DNA of 64,000 bases from Tubulanus polymorphus. Its lineage: Eukaryota; Animalia; Nemertea. Under the pieces are notes generated by a model. It saw nothing but the letters and a program-made list of their open reading frames with translations, was not told where the DNA came from and did no database searches. Of this stretch, positions 1 through 13,630 are shown one piece after another (position 1 is the stretch's first letter; every line of letters begins with the position of its first letter). The stretch covers positions 392,131 to 456,130 of the forward strand of contig NC_134033.1 in the NCBI RefSeq assembly GCF_964204645.1, given 5' to 3'. Position numbers and translations under genes: made by a program.

Positions 1-1102
1 CCGTTTTTTGGTTTTCACTGAGTTATCAAAATCAGAATTTAAGTTTATTGGCTAGAAAATTAAGATTGCACAAATTGAAATCGCTCAGGTCCCAATTTTT
101 ATGAAAAAGTTTAACACAATTTTCTTAATTATTGTTAAACTGCTACTTTGCCAATTTATGCTTAACCGCTTTAAGCTTAAACAGAACCTTAAAGGATAAA
201 CACAAATTATGGATGTTTTCACACAGGAATCCACATTGATCTAATTCGATTTTCCATCGCAAGACTTTCTAAGATCATGATCGGATTTAAAAGCAAACTG
301 TTGAAAAATCTCGAAAAGCTGCTGAAAGGTTTACCCGATAAATACCATAGTAACTGATTTTATATCGCGAATGGTTTTGATTATGTTTGAGAGACTGTGG
401 CCTCAGGTTTAGGTCCACGGCTGGTCACAGTTATAGCGAACTGCTCGCAGCCCTCGGGGAGAGACTCGGAGCGAACAGAATCGAGTATTTGAGTTGATGT
501 TGCCTTCACCGTGGAAGTTTTAAACAAAGTGAAAGGTTATTGACTGCAGTAGTTTAAAGTCTCTCAGCGGGTGAGATACACACAGTTATCACCTACACAT
601 GAATCCCTACGGTTTATCTACATAAACTATACCCTCTCCTCAACTCATCATGTGAATTATAGATCATACTGTCTCTCTCGTCTCACACGAGATACAACAT
701 CTATTCGGGAAGACATAATATCATTATGATACCGATAAGTCTTATCTCGAATATCGATGTGATAAGTCTTATCTCGTACATCGATTGTAGTATCTCGCGC
801 TAACTGGAATTGGCTCGAATCTTAAGACTTATGTCTCTCATTAAAACTAACAATATCAATTTAAACAAATGCAATTATTTTTTTATTGTGGACCCAAAAC
901 GTGAGGAAAAATAATAACAATATTGTGGTTTACTCTTAATGAGACGCGCCATCAAGAATGTGATTGGTCTCAACTATTTACATTGTGAGACTATAGAATC
1001 AGAATGAACGCATATTTTACTTAAAACTTTCTGGTGAAATTTCCACCCAATCAGTGGCAGTGTGGTTTTCACCACAGAAATCTCCATCGCTCTACGATCA
1101 CA

Positions 1103-1213
1103 GTGTACCATGTCCATGACGGAGCCGTCCATATGTGCTGTATTCACGATGGAGCCGTCCCTGTGTACCTGTCCACGACGGAGCCGTCCCTATGTGCCGT
1201 ATCCACACGGAGC
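1103..1213 (+). repeat. ~29-bp degenerate tandem repeat x4
   Basis: Recurring cacgacggagccgtcc core. Confidence 0.85.
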
Positions 1214-2300
1214 CAACCCTGTTCTAGTTGTTTTACAATGTAAACTCGTAGCCGGTAGTTGTTTTAGTTTGTAAAAACCCCCCGCAGAGTTCACTGGGGT
1301 GTCTCACAGTGGGGGTCTACTATCACTGCCCCCTAAAAGTCACTGCAGCAGCAGCTGCCAGGCGCGAGAAAGTAAGACGCAACCCAAAGTCTCCCATACA
1401 AATCAATTTTCTAATCAGAAATTAATTACTCGCCAAATTGAACAATATTTTTAGCCGCGGGGGTCGCGGGCACTTGACTGCATCGGCAGTTTGAGATAGC
1501 AAGTGTGAAATATCATTATCTTAGTAGAATATCACCAATAATATCCAATTATCATTTTTACTCCAATTGATATTTGCGACTCACAAGGAAACATTTTTTT
1601 TTCTATTTTCAAGGAATTTTCCTAAACGTAAAAAAATTACAATACAGATTTATTCTTTCGGCTTAGAAGAATTCCAAACGCGTTTCAAAAATGAATTGCC
1701 CATAGTGGAGCCCGGTTGGGCGCGCGTGGAGCCCGGTTGGGCGCTGGAGTTTGGGCTGATTTGTATAGAGCGCGGCGGTGTTCTGCTGTTTTATAACGGC
1801 CCGTTTTTATATCGCCGATCAAAAAAGAGATTTTATCTTAATCGAATCAAATGTTTATTTTGTGTGTGGCGCTTATTGGTGACGTCGCCACAGGGTCCGT
1901 TCTGAATGAACCTGAGTGTGTGAGTCTTATCAGCGTCAGGGATCAGTGTGTCCCGCTACGACAAATCAATACCGAACCCTTCGAGGCCCTGTCCGCACAA
2001 TACACAGAACAATCTCCTCAAGAAAGATCTAATCGGTTTTTGAGGAGTCGCAATATGTGCGCGATCTATATCTGTATCTGTATAATCGTGTCCTGGAGGT
2101 TTAAACACATTCATACCACCAACAACAACACAACACATTATAATTATCAACACCTCAAACACTGAACTAATATCTGATTGAACACAAATTCCGTAAAGAC
2201 GACCCTCCCGCCCGGGCAGCAGCAGCAGCAGCAGCAGTGTAGTGACAGACTGTATGAATTTTGACAGAGTTCATTAATACCTAATACAGCCTTACAGTCA

Positions 2301-2443
2301 GTCCTCTCTCCCTCTCACTCCCTCCCCTTCTATCTCTCCCTCTCCTCTCTCTCTCTCTCCCTCTCATCTCACTCTTTCTCCTGTCTCTCTCTCTTTCTCT
2401 TTCCCTTCCTCGCTCTCTCTCTCTCCCTCTCTCTCTCACTCTC
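2301..2443 (+). repeat. CT-rich polypyrimidine tract
   Basis: Degenerate (CT)n. Confidence 0.9.
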
Positions 2444-4799
2444 AGGTCGAACATGTTTTAAAGCGAGGTAATGATTTTACGCTTGGTAAACCCTGTCTAT
2501 CTACTGATTGTTGTAGGCAGCCCGTTGTGAACGTTTATTTTTACTGCCTTTAACTATTGTTTCGCGAGCTCTTAAAGGCTCCATAACTCACTGCGAACAC
2601 AATCACAAATTCGGGCGTCTTTATACCTAAAGAAAACCAGACAAGGAAGACTAAATCAGTCCTCAGAACAGCTCATAATGGCCTCTTTTGTTAACCCATT
2701 AATGATGAGGCCCCGTATGCTGGGTGAATAGAACTCGTAGTCCTCGAGTGTTTGTGAATAGCAGTGAATTACAACAATATTCTACTCATAATCTCTCAAC
2801 CCGGTCGAGGCGCTCGCGACGACCGGCTATAGATTATTTTGGAAGGGGTTCACCGCGGGTTAGGGTTCGGGTAATATTGACATAGCTTTCTTTCCTTCAG
2901 CCGCTAAATCCACAATCAATATTGACTTTCTCGTCGTAAAGTGGCGTTAATTCTCGACTCTCGCTCTCAATGTCAACACGAACCGATCGATAATCTACTC
3001 CTCCGATACAGTTGTTTATTTATCTGTTTGACACGTGACACCGTCAGACGACGTCACGCCGACCGTTTAAAATTGAAATAGATGATGATTTTACGAGTGT
3101 CAAAATTATTTATTTGATTTGAATTTGTAAAAAAATCAAAATGAAATAGACCAGATTTGAAAGCAATAGAAAATTCTATTTCTAGTCTTATGTTACTAAT
3201 GTTTGATGGAAGTGTTAACAATAGCCACAATATCTCGGCGCGTTCTTCGATTTCTAACGCCTAGATTTTCTAAGACCGAAAAATTCATAAATTTTTCACA
3301 CAAAAAAAAAATCGGCATACAAATATCAAAATTAGAAATTCTATTTCCTATGATTTTATGCCTGTTCGGGTTTTCGGCGGTTTGGTCGTTTTCTAATTAC
3401 GAGAAACCAAACACGTAATTTATGTAAGCAAAACAAACTGACGGTGATCTATTAGGACGTGTTTGAAGTGTGTAGGTGTTTGTGTAGTCGGAATGAGCAG
3501 CAATTCTCAAACTTTCCCTCCAAATCCTAATTAGCGCGGTTTATAATTGTCAAGTTTTTCCGTTCGGTCAAAATCAAACGCGAATTTTGAAATAAAAATC
3601 CGTATAAACTGGAATTAATGAATTAGGTTTAATTAAGACGCGCGAAAGTTTGATTGTTTGTTTGTTTGGTGTTTTGGTTAATTAATTCGTAATTAACCCG
3701 GGTAATTAATTGCGACACGAGCGCCCTCCAGCCCTCCAGCCCGCCCGCGTTATCTCGGCCAAATCGTGTGATTTTAGCAATAAATATTCTATAAACTGAT
3801 TATAACGGTTTACACTTTTTGTGGTTCATCTCCTTAAATAATGATTATTCTGATTATTCTGATTATCATAATCGCGATGTTATTTTAGTGATAATAAACT
3901 GAATCCGGACCCGCAGTTTATAGTGTGAATCAGTTTAATGATTATGTCCAATATATCTATTTCCGCTCTCCGGGCTGAGATTCGTTTTACGCTGTGCCCC
4001 TTATAAACTCAACAGTCCCGGCACACCTGCCGGGGACAAATCAGGGGCTTGTATTTTGAAGATGTTTTAACGCCCAAAAAAAACACAAATGTTCTCTCAC
4101 AACAACTCACTCACTCCAACTGGATTCTCAATATCATAGAAATTATCTGAGCAAAATTTCAAATACGAAAGAATCGGGGAAAACATTATTTCACCATCAG
4201 AAATCTGAGAAATTTACAATTTCTATTTCGCCACCAAATTCCACGCAAACCTGACGAGCGATCATCTCAAATGTATCCCGAATAAAGCGACCATTTTAAA
4301 CCGGGTAAAAGAGGATCTCCTAAAAACCACTGGTCCTCGCGGCAACCATAATAATACACACATGGAAACACATTTTATATATACATAATTCTCACGAAAA
4401 GTGGGTCAGTAGGTTCAGATAAGAGAGGTCAGTAGGTTCAGATAAGAGAGGTCAGTAGGTAACTGAAGAGGTCAGTAGATTTCGACCTATTTTTCCACTA
4501 GTAATCAGGACACAACCGCTCGGACAAACATCGCACCTTGTTTCCAGTTTCCAGTTTTTTGTTTATGACTTTATCCTCCAGATTTTCCAGATGTTTTTCG
4601 CGCCGTCCCTCGAAGATTGTTTATACGAGCCGTATAGATGTTATCGGGTTATGTGGAGGGAAGGGGCGTGTGAGTTCGAGAGTCGAGCCCGTCGAGACGT
4701 GACAATCTACTCAGCATCTTCCACGGCGAGCTCTGCATCTCGAACCGTTCCTATCGGCGGGATTCTCCGCGGTAAACTCCACGCAAACATTCGCCGCAA

Positions 4800-5059
4800 A
4801 CTGTGATTGACACGTTACTTAATTAGCAACGCCCCGTTCTGCGCCGTAGTCTAATCTATGCACGCTGGTTTAATGAGCGGAAACTGTCAGTCAAACTGCG
4901 CCGACCAATCACATCCCGTCGCGCTCAGTACGTCACAGCGCGTGATCACCAGGGGCAGGGTTAAATACGCCTCGACTCAGAGGGGGCCCTTTATACGCAG
5001 AAAGCACCCAGCAGAGTGGATGTGCATCACTCACATTTACACCGACCAGTCGTATTATT
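4800..5059 (+). promoter_or_regulatory. Putative Zic proximal promoter
   Basis: TGATTGACAC (4804), reverse TGACTGACAG (4884-4893), CCAAT box (4905-4909), half-CRE ACGTCA (~4930) and TATA-like TTTATA (~4990), all just upstream of ATG 5060. Confidence 0.5.
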
Positions 5060-6257
5060 ATGGATTATACTTTAGGCAGGGGGACACTGTCTGATTCACA
5101 TTTAGTAGAGTTAACAACCGCGAAGAGCTCACAGCGAAAAACAACAGGACTGATCCATCAACATATCGGGACGACTGCCGCGACTCAGCACCACCAGCAG
5201 CACAGCGCAACCGCTGCTGATCAGACTATCGCCGTATACGCTGACCTACCACCTCAACTAGAACCGCTTCATCGGACCTCGAATACTTCTTATAAACACG
5301 CGACTGGACTTATCACCGGTAGTGACATGTTGAACCCGTTCATGGAGACTGCGCATACGGCGCATCTGCCTCCAGGGGCTCTGAAGTTGAGTCCCCCTCA
5401 TCACATGGGTGACGCAACGGGAGTGAGTTCTCACGCGGCGCAGGTGAACCAGTTCGGGACTCAAGCGAACGGGTACATGACCCATTCTCATCACCCTCAC
5501 GTAGGGAGTTACGCGGCCAGAGATTTCCTATTGCGACGGGAACATTTCGGACACGATTCGGTGACGAATTCGGCGTCGCATCATCACGGGATGTTCGTAC
5601 CTTCTACGGCTAGTTTACACGGGCACCACCCGTCGGATCCGACCAGTAATCACGTGCTGTTTCCGGGAATACACGAAGCGGCCACGGCCGGACATCACGC
5701 CGGTCCGCATCACGTAAATACGCAATCGGTAAGGTTGAGTTTACCGGGAGCCGAAATGTACGCGCCCAGGAGCGAGCACCAATTCCAGCAGATTTCCAGC
5801 CCGAGAAACGACTTCTCGACTCAACACCTAAACATGAATCATCACATGAACCATCACCACATGAACGCCGCTATGAATCATATGAATATGGGACCTCACG
5901 GAGTCGGACCGGGCGCGTTTTTCAGGTATATGAGACCGCCGATAAAACAGGAACACTCGTGTTTGTGGATCGATCCAGATATAGACCCGAAAAAACCGTG
6001 CAATAAGACATTCACGACGATGCACGAGATTGTGACCCATATAACAGTGGAACACGTCGGGGGACCGGAACAGACTAATCACGCATGCGCGTGGCAGAAC
6101 TGTCCCCGCGAAGGAAAACCGTTCAAGGCTAAATATAAACTAGTAAATCATATTCGGGTTCACACCGGCGAGAAACCGTTCCCGTGTCCGTTTCCCGGAT
6201 GTGGAAAAGTATTTGCCAGAAGTGAAAATCTTAAGATACACAAGCGAACGCATACAG
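5060..6257 (+). CDS. Zic: Zic/odd-paired family C2H2 zinc-finger transcription factor, coding exon 1 (ZOC, ZF-NC, ZF1-ZF3)
   Basis: ORF contains ZOC-like [28 protein letters not shown], tandem CWCH2 fingers (CLWID...[19 protein letters not shown]; [26 protein letters not shown]) and ZF3 ([23 protein letters not shown]). It ends at the donor ACAG|GTAGGA (GT at 6258). Alternative in-frame ATG at 5327 (MLNPFME). Confidence 0.97.
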
Positions 6258-6699
6258 GTAGGAGACTTATCAGATTCTTATTCAGGGGGGTAGGGGGTAG
6301 GGGGTGGTAGGCGCCCTAACAATCAGTTACCGGTCTCAACCCCACACCAGAGCCATCCACACTGTGAATTATTGAGATTTCAGATAGAATGAGACATCAT
6401 CATCATCATCATCATCATTCACTACAGCGTGTATTAATATCTCATCTGGTATTTTGTGGTCGCATTGTTTTATCATCAGGTTATCAACATTCATTCCTTG
6501 AGTCAGAGGGAGACCAAAACTTGCCTTTCGACGAGTATACTCTGTCCTAAACACTTCACACCGCAGATTATATATATATCTGTGTAAAGTCAGGTTCACT
6601 TTTGGGTTGAAGTTGTTCTGAATGTATTTGAGTTTCCACAATGAAACCATCAGATTTCTTATAAATTACTTCAAAATATCCTCTATGAATTGTGCGAAA

Positions 6700-6985
6700 A
6701 CTCGCAATATCAATCTGTACACAACTGTTATTGTTTTTTTCCTACACGTTTAGGGTGGAATTATTCCAACCAACTCTAAATGAATAGAAAGAAAATCCAC
6801 AATATCAATCTAAACAATTTTTATTGTTTGTTCCTAACATTTTGGGTGGAATCCTTCCACACGTATCATCAGAGTTTATTTGAAAAATTTGTAAAACTCT
6901 GAATCTGGGTGGAAGGATTCCACCCGAAACGTAAGATAAAAACAATAATAGTTGTTTAAATTGTCATTCTGAATTTATTCTGTCA
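6700..6985. mobile_element. Three degenerate ~85-bp copies (-,-,+) of a second hammerhead-bearing pLTR-like repeat
   Basis: Consensus aaactCTGATGAt..GGGTGGAA(gga)TTCCACCC-GAAACGTt-aggaaaaaaacaataa.agttgtttagattgatattgtggatt. Copies at ~6700-6775 (-), ~6790-6877 (-), ~6894-6985 (+). No single copy keeps both core boxes. Confidence 0.6.
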
Positions 6986-9900
6986 ATGAAATTCATCTGG
7001 ACTGGAAATAGTCTCAACTCTTTGGGCCCGAAATCTCTGTCGTTATTTAACTATAAAACAAGGAACCACATAGGTACAAAAATCCATATAGATTATAAAA
7101 ATGATGATGTTTAGGAGGGGGAGGGGGTGCAGTGTCAGTTTATGACACCGGCGACTTAAGTGTCAAATTATCCTATAATAATCCGATCTGTTGATTATGA
7201 TTCGCTAATGAGCTATTGTTAAATATCGCAGCCATTTTTATTAATCATTATCTGTTTATTATAACGAGGGACGCTTTATCATCATGGATCGTTGCTGATC
7301 CTTTGTCTCCTCTACCCCCCAATAAATCCCTCCTCGATATAGCTTAATAATCACTGCCTATCCTTCAATATATATATCATTCGTGTTTAGATATTTCACA
7401 AGTTTTTCGAGTCGATTTCGAAAATCACAAGTAAATTTCACCTATTAACCTATATTGGTGTTATAGACTTAATTCAAGATTTTCATATTTTTACTTTTAA
7501 CATTTTCAAATTTGCAACAAGCGGAAATTTCTATATAAACTACACAAGTGTTCAAATATTGCTTCTCTAACTCGGGCGAATCGGTTTTTTTCCAAGGAAT
7601 CTTTGCATTCTTTTTTTATAAAATCTTATTTTCGTCAAATTGATTACAAGTTACATTTTCTAAACAATCTCAAAGTCGGATTTTTCTTCGCGCTTTAAAT
7701 GAATATCTCTAAATTATTATTTTACGAATAATCTAAAACTTGAAAATATTCCAATATGAGCGCGACCAATCGGCATCAAATACATCCAGAATTTGTTAAA
7801 TTTTCGCTCTAACGACAGCAAAAAAATTGTTCATTGAAAATAATAAACTTCCTATTGATTTTTGAATCACGTATTTGAAGGATTTAAAGACTCGTTTAGT
7901 CCCCGAGGCGTCGCGTAGACTTCACTAAATAAAGTCAAATAAATTCTATTAGATTTTTATCTCGCACACATTTCTATGAAGCGAAAATGATTTTTCAATT
8001 TTTCAATTCAAACTTTGCCGAAATTATAACTCGAAATATGGCGATACGTTTTCACAAAGTTGTTCAGACAAAAACTGCAGATTCGAATTCGAAATAGATG
8101 CTCAATTTTTCACGGACATTCAGATTATCTAATATCACCTGCGACTTTGGTTAAAACCCTCATTTACCAGAAGTCCTTGAAAATGTATGTTGAATTGTCA
8201 AAAGTCAAATTCAGACTTGCACTTGCGCGATTGCGCCAGGCTGAACAACCGTTCGATTTCAAGATGACGGGTTAGATAATATTACACATACCGGCTTGGT
8301 TTATTGAATGGATGAGATTTTGAAGGGTCGATGGGTTTAAGCGGGTTTAAAGCTACTTTTGAAATTACTCATCTCTCTAATACCACGGGTAGAATATGAT
8401 GCCCGTATAATCCACGAATTCGCAACACTGTATATCTACACGCCTTATACCAGAATTACTGCAATCTCTTTAATTCTTGAGAATATCTAAAAACTGAAAA
8501 TTATTTTATATATCGTAGATTTAATAAGAGTAAATATTTTCATTTGATGAAAGGTCGCATTTTAAAACATTTTACAACGCGTGAATTTTTCTGATTCAAT
8601 TTTGCACGAAATAAAACCCAGTTTCTGTGATAGAAATTAAAACCATTTTCGTCTTCAATTATCATTCAACAAATTTATTTATCGTCATTTATTTCGACTC
8701 TGCCTTTTTAAGTTTAATTCCCATTTCAATTGTTAAGCGTTTTGAGTTTCAGTCAGACTATCTCTACAAGTATAATCTATCGTTTAGGTTTTATAAAATA
8801 TAAAAGTAAAATCGGCCACAAAATTCAAACGATTTAAAATCGCAAATTTTATTTCTAAACGATTAAAATCAAAAGACAAGACTTTCCGACTTTAGAGTAA
8901 GAAGTCATTATCAGGTAACGATGATCTCTAGCGAGAGTTTAAAACGTCATCTCATTTCGGTTTTTGACAAATAAAATTTGCATTTAATATTTTAGATTCT
9001 GTAAACAGCGGGTTTTAAATGTATAAACTATAATAGTTGAAGAAGTGTTCGGGGGTTATTGAATAAATTCTTGATTTTTCTTTTTACGCTTTCAATTTTG
9101 AATGATTTTACGATCCAGTATTTTAAACCGAGAGAACTTATAAGATATTATATTGAGAAGTTGTTTTCTTTTAAATAGTAAAAAAACTTTTTTGAACAAA
9201 GTCATCAAAGGATAGATACATATAAAATAAATACATGCTAATGTCCAAATTGAATCCTGTTGAATTTAAGCCGTTTAAGTAAATTCTAATGAAGTGTTCT
9301 ATTTAATGAGATTTGATATTGAGAAATAAACCGGACGATATTGAGACGATAATGAGATGTTATCAGATTAGATTAAGACGCTGCTAATGCCGTGATTTAT
9401 TAACGGCGCTATAAAAGGCAGCAGCAGCAGCAGAAGATCTCGTCGTGTCTGAAGGTGAGATCAATTTAACCGGTAAATTAAACAGATAATAGACTGTGAC
9501 ACTGTGTTAGCGTATTACCGCGATAAACGACACGGTTATAGACACCAGCAGCAGCAGCATCAGCAGCAGCATCACAGACTGATAACCGAGATGATTATCA
9601 CACTAACTGACTGTAATCGTCTTGTAATCGCTGTCGCTATATCGATTACGGAGTCTTTGTCGTGTCTCTGAGTAGTAAAATGATTGTCCTCGGGTTCAAT
9701 ATCGAAGCTTTCTTAATAAAACTGCTGAACTAATAACGAACTCTATGTATATCAGACACGGAACTTTTATTAGATGTAGCGGGGCAAATTGAGGTAGATT
9801 TTGAATTAGAAATAAATCAGTAATTATATTCATTTATTTGTTTACAATCAGTATTCTCAAATAGGTAAAGATGTAAGTTCTGAACCAGGTTCAACAGCTC

Positions 9901-10982
9901 GCTGAGAGTTTAAGAATCTTTGTCGTTCCGCATCATCTAAATTCGAAAATTGAAATCTGATAAAATTCACAACGGCAGCTTAAATATTTCAAACTTGATT
10001 TCATTTCTATATTATATCAGTTTATCCTATTTTTCGCTCTTTAAAAGTTAAACCCGATTCAGACTCCTGCGAATTTTAAATAGAGCCGCCGCATTATTAC
10101 GAATTATCAATAAGATAGGTGTGAATGATAATATGATAATCGTGTTAATCTAGTTGTAATAATTATTGTGAGCCCGAACAGAGTCTCGGACGCCGATATA
10201 TCCCTCCCGAACCAGACCGTCTGTTAAATATAGCCACCACTTTGTTATTATATTCGCGTTTCTATCGAGCTACGGAGAGAGACTGGAGAAACTCTTTTAA
10301 TAAACTCGCGCGCGGACGTTTCCGAAGAGTAAATTAAAACTGAGGTTCGGTCCCCTCCTCTTCAATTTCCAGACAATAGACGCGAATTTGCACGCTATCG
10401 ACGACGTACAAAGAGCTGGCAGCTTTTAGTAGCGTTCAGTGAACCTCCGAGTACAAAATGGTCAAATGCGTTGTCTCTATATGAGAGCGAGTATAATAGC
10501 ATTTAGCGACATTGTTATAGAACTCGGATCGAAGGCTTTAGTAAAATCTACGACGCTACTACAAGCAGAAGGAATCTTTCCCTCCTTGTCCGCCAGATTA
10601 AAACGTGTGAAGTACCCTATCTGATTTCAATGTTTAGAAACCCGCTATTTTATTGTCGCTATGTTCCCGGAGTCAACTTGTAACGACACGGATTACAAGA
10701 CGATTTAGAATGTGATCTATCCGGGATTAAACCGGCGAGGACACAGACAGACACCTTGTTTAACACCCCCCTCAAAACGCCGCGGATTATCGCCTATTTA
10801 AACAGATAAAGAAAATATATTACAATTCAAACCCGTCACATAGAGACCTACACCCCTCGGCTATCGATGTTACACACGGCGCCGTGTCCTAGATTAGAAT
10901 TGTCACTACTTGTTATAGGCCCTAATTGTCAACTCAGGAATTTCGTTTTTATGATTGGAAACGTTTTTATTTCAGGAACCGC

Positions 10983-11138
10983 CAGTTCCATAGTCCTGGA
11001 CTCAGTTCCATAGTTGTGGACTCAATTCCACAGTTAATGAACCCAGTTCCACAGTTACTGAACCCAATTCCACAGTTACTGAACCCAGTTCCACAGTTAC
11101 TGAACCCATTTCCACAGTAACTGAACCCAGTTCCACTG
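10983..11138 (+). repeat. 21-bp tandem repeat built from the MITE terminus
   Basis: Unit ccagttccacagttactgaac, ~7 copies. Confidence 0.9.
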
Positions 11139-13526
11139 TAGGTAAATTTGAGAATAGCGACTCGAGTCAGTTTCTTCCATTGCGTGTAAACCTTACAGAC
11201 ACATTTTCAGGATCAGAATAATTTTTCTACGGCGCGAGCTAATCGCTTATGAACTGTTACAACGTGCGAACAACCAGTTATCGGATTTTCGAAGGCATTT
11301 TTGTAATTTTCTAAATAGCTCTAAATCAGCCGGGTGAAGAGAGAGAGAGAGTCAGTTGTATCTACCCAGTACAAACCATAGCAACCAGTGTGACACATAC
11401 ACACAATACTTTACAGTGAAGTGTCTCTTAAATCGGCTGTTTCTGTTAGGGTTTATTTTAATCTACTGGGACAACACTTCAGGTGGGATGTAGCCGCAAT
11501 TTCGAGACCTTCGCAGCCTCTTACGTCATTAGGATAACAAACTTTCTATCGGGGATAACTCCGAACAGCGGTGGAATACGACAACATTTACTTAACGGTT
11601 TATGAAGTCTGATGATGTTGAGGGCTGATGGGATGTTGATGACAGTTGTGATGTTTACGAGTTCAAAATTCGAGTTTGTTTTCATCATAAATATTGTCGG
11701 TAATTAGTAATCAATGGTTTTACTAATTGAGTCGTTTTAATATAGAGCAAAGCGCGTTCTGTTCATCTGGCGAGCCATAGCAACGGCGCGGTTAGCTATT
11801 CTCACTCCACGAGAGTGTTTCATTGCCGTTGATATCGAGCGACTTGTAAAATATACGTTAAATGATCATCAATATTTTTGTAATATAAACAAAATGACGT
11901 GAAAATAATGTTGATCTTTTTATATACCACAAAATGTAAATTCGCCAAGCTTATACTGGTAAATGATGGCGGATCAGTAACCGTTATTGTCGTGGCAGTT
12001 GGCTAGGTTTGTTTAGTTTTCATTTTCTATAATGGACTGACCTGTGCTAACACAACGCAATATTTCTGAACGGACAATAATGTTGCATCTCAGTTGGAGA
12101 CGTCACTTCCGATATTTGTTTACAGGGCGGTGCAAAAATATTAGACAGTATAGTACTGATTATACACCACTGAAGAGACTCCTAGAAATTCGATCGAATA
12201 TTTAGATATGAAAATATTTAGCAACAGACAATAAAGATACCATTTTTCAATGATGATAATGAGTTGTTAAACCCACTACCCATCGCCGAAACCCACAAAG
12301 TCTAAAGTATTGATAAAGGCAATCAAAAATAAAAATTCTAAAAGGCAACGTTTCTTTATAGTTGGTTTTGAACTTATTTTAAACTTATTTCAAACATTCA
12401 ATATGATCAGATGAATTGAGTAAATAATCTATGAGCGTCTTGTGGTTCTGTAAGCTTCACACTCAAGCCGTAGATAGCACTATCCTTTAAAGCATATATA
12501 CATGATCATATGATTGTCAAACGCCTGAATTTAAAGATGACTAATCGATTAAAAGGCGCCTAATCATAATTCAGGATAAACATTGATTAATGAACGATCA
12601 CTTCCGGTCGAGATAACCCGGATGTTGGCTCTTTGATGATGGGTTTTTATCTCAAACGACTTTGAAGGAGACAGGATTCGATAGTGTACGTTTAGAATTT
12701 AGTTCGTGTGTGGGTAGTGGGTAGAGAGCCGGCCTGTATACAGCTGAATTCAGATAAGAACTGTTTGGTTTGGGGTCTCGGATCCTGTGGCGTTTATGAA
12801 TTTATAAATCTGTTAATGTGTCATATTTCATCATAGTATTTAGTAAAAATGAATTATTTGTAATTAAGTCGCGTTCAATGAAAATAGATCAATCAAACAT
12901 CAATATGTTTTTATTGGGGACTATAGGGATATGGGGCTCTTACAGAAGTGACAACTTGAAACTTAATATTGGAACCAACCAAGGACTGTGAATTTCTATA
13001 TCGGCGAGTTAGGGACCGGGTAATCCCGCTATATCTGTTTCCTATTCTAAATCGACTGTTGATATTTATTATGCGAATTGAAATTAACGAGTCGCATACA
13101 CAAAGTACGGTAAATATCTCCTAATAGTGAAACTTGTGGTTAACCATTGATTCAATGCAAACAAGTTTAGAGTAAGAAAAAACGATGCGGCGGGAATTTT
13201 TTCTGCGAATCTAAATTGTTCTATTAAACGTCAGTTAAATGATTATTAGTAGAGTGTGAATCATCGCGGTTCTGTTGAAGGGAGGCTGACGGAGGCTGCT
13301 CTTTATTTTCTGTATATATATATAGCGAGATGTTTTTGTAGTAAACTCTATCTCTCTCACTCTCTATCACTCGAGTCAGTGTTTGTGTGTGTGTGTGATT
13401 TAAATGGCTTTGACACCGAGGTTAAAACTATGTGAAAATTAGCTGAAATTTCGTCTATGAAAATAAAACGTTCCTATATCACTCCCTATACATACACATA
13501 CATCAGACAGAGTTTTAGAGTGATCG

Positions 13527-13630
13527 CTGGGTCCAGTTCCACAGTTCTGAGTTTAGATTTGACTCATTGAAAATGAACTAACTTTAACTCAGAGTTAATT
13601 CTAACTCACAACTGTGGAACTGGGTCCCAG
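13527..13630. mobile_element. ~100-bp MITE-like element with TIRs (ccagttccacagtt / aactgtggaactgg)
   Basis: Inverted termini. Related ends at 48350-48527 and 52700-52742. Confidence 0.65.

Noticed and set aside
4463-4490. CTGAAGA-GGTC...GACC hammerhead-like start
   Set aside because: Not followed by GAAA; part of a 23-bp local repeat.
4858-5094. Upstream ORF overlapping the Zic start
   Set aside because: Its ATG lies upstream of the CCAAT/TATA-like elements, so it is probably outside the transcript.
6258-6310. C-terminal [16 protein letters not shown] of the 416-aa ORF
   Set aside because: Read-through into the intron after the GT donor at 6258; the true frame continues at 27334.
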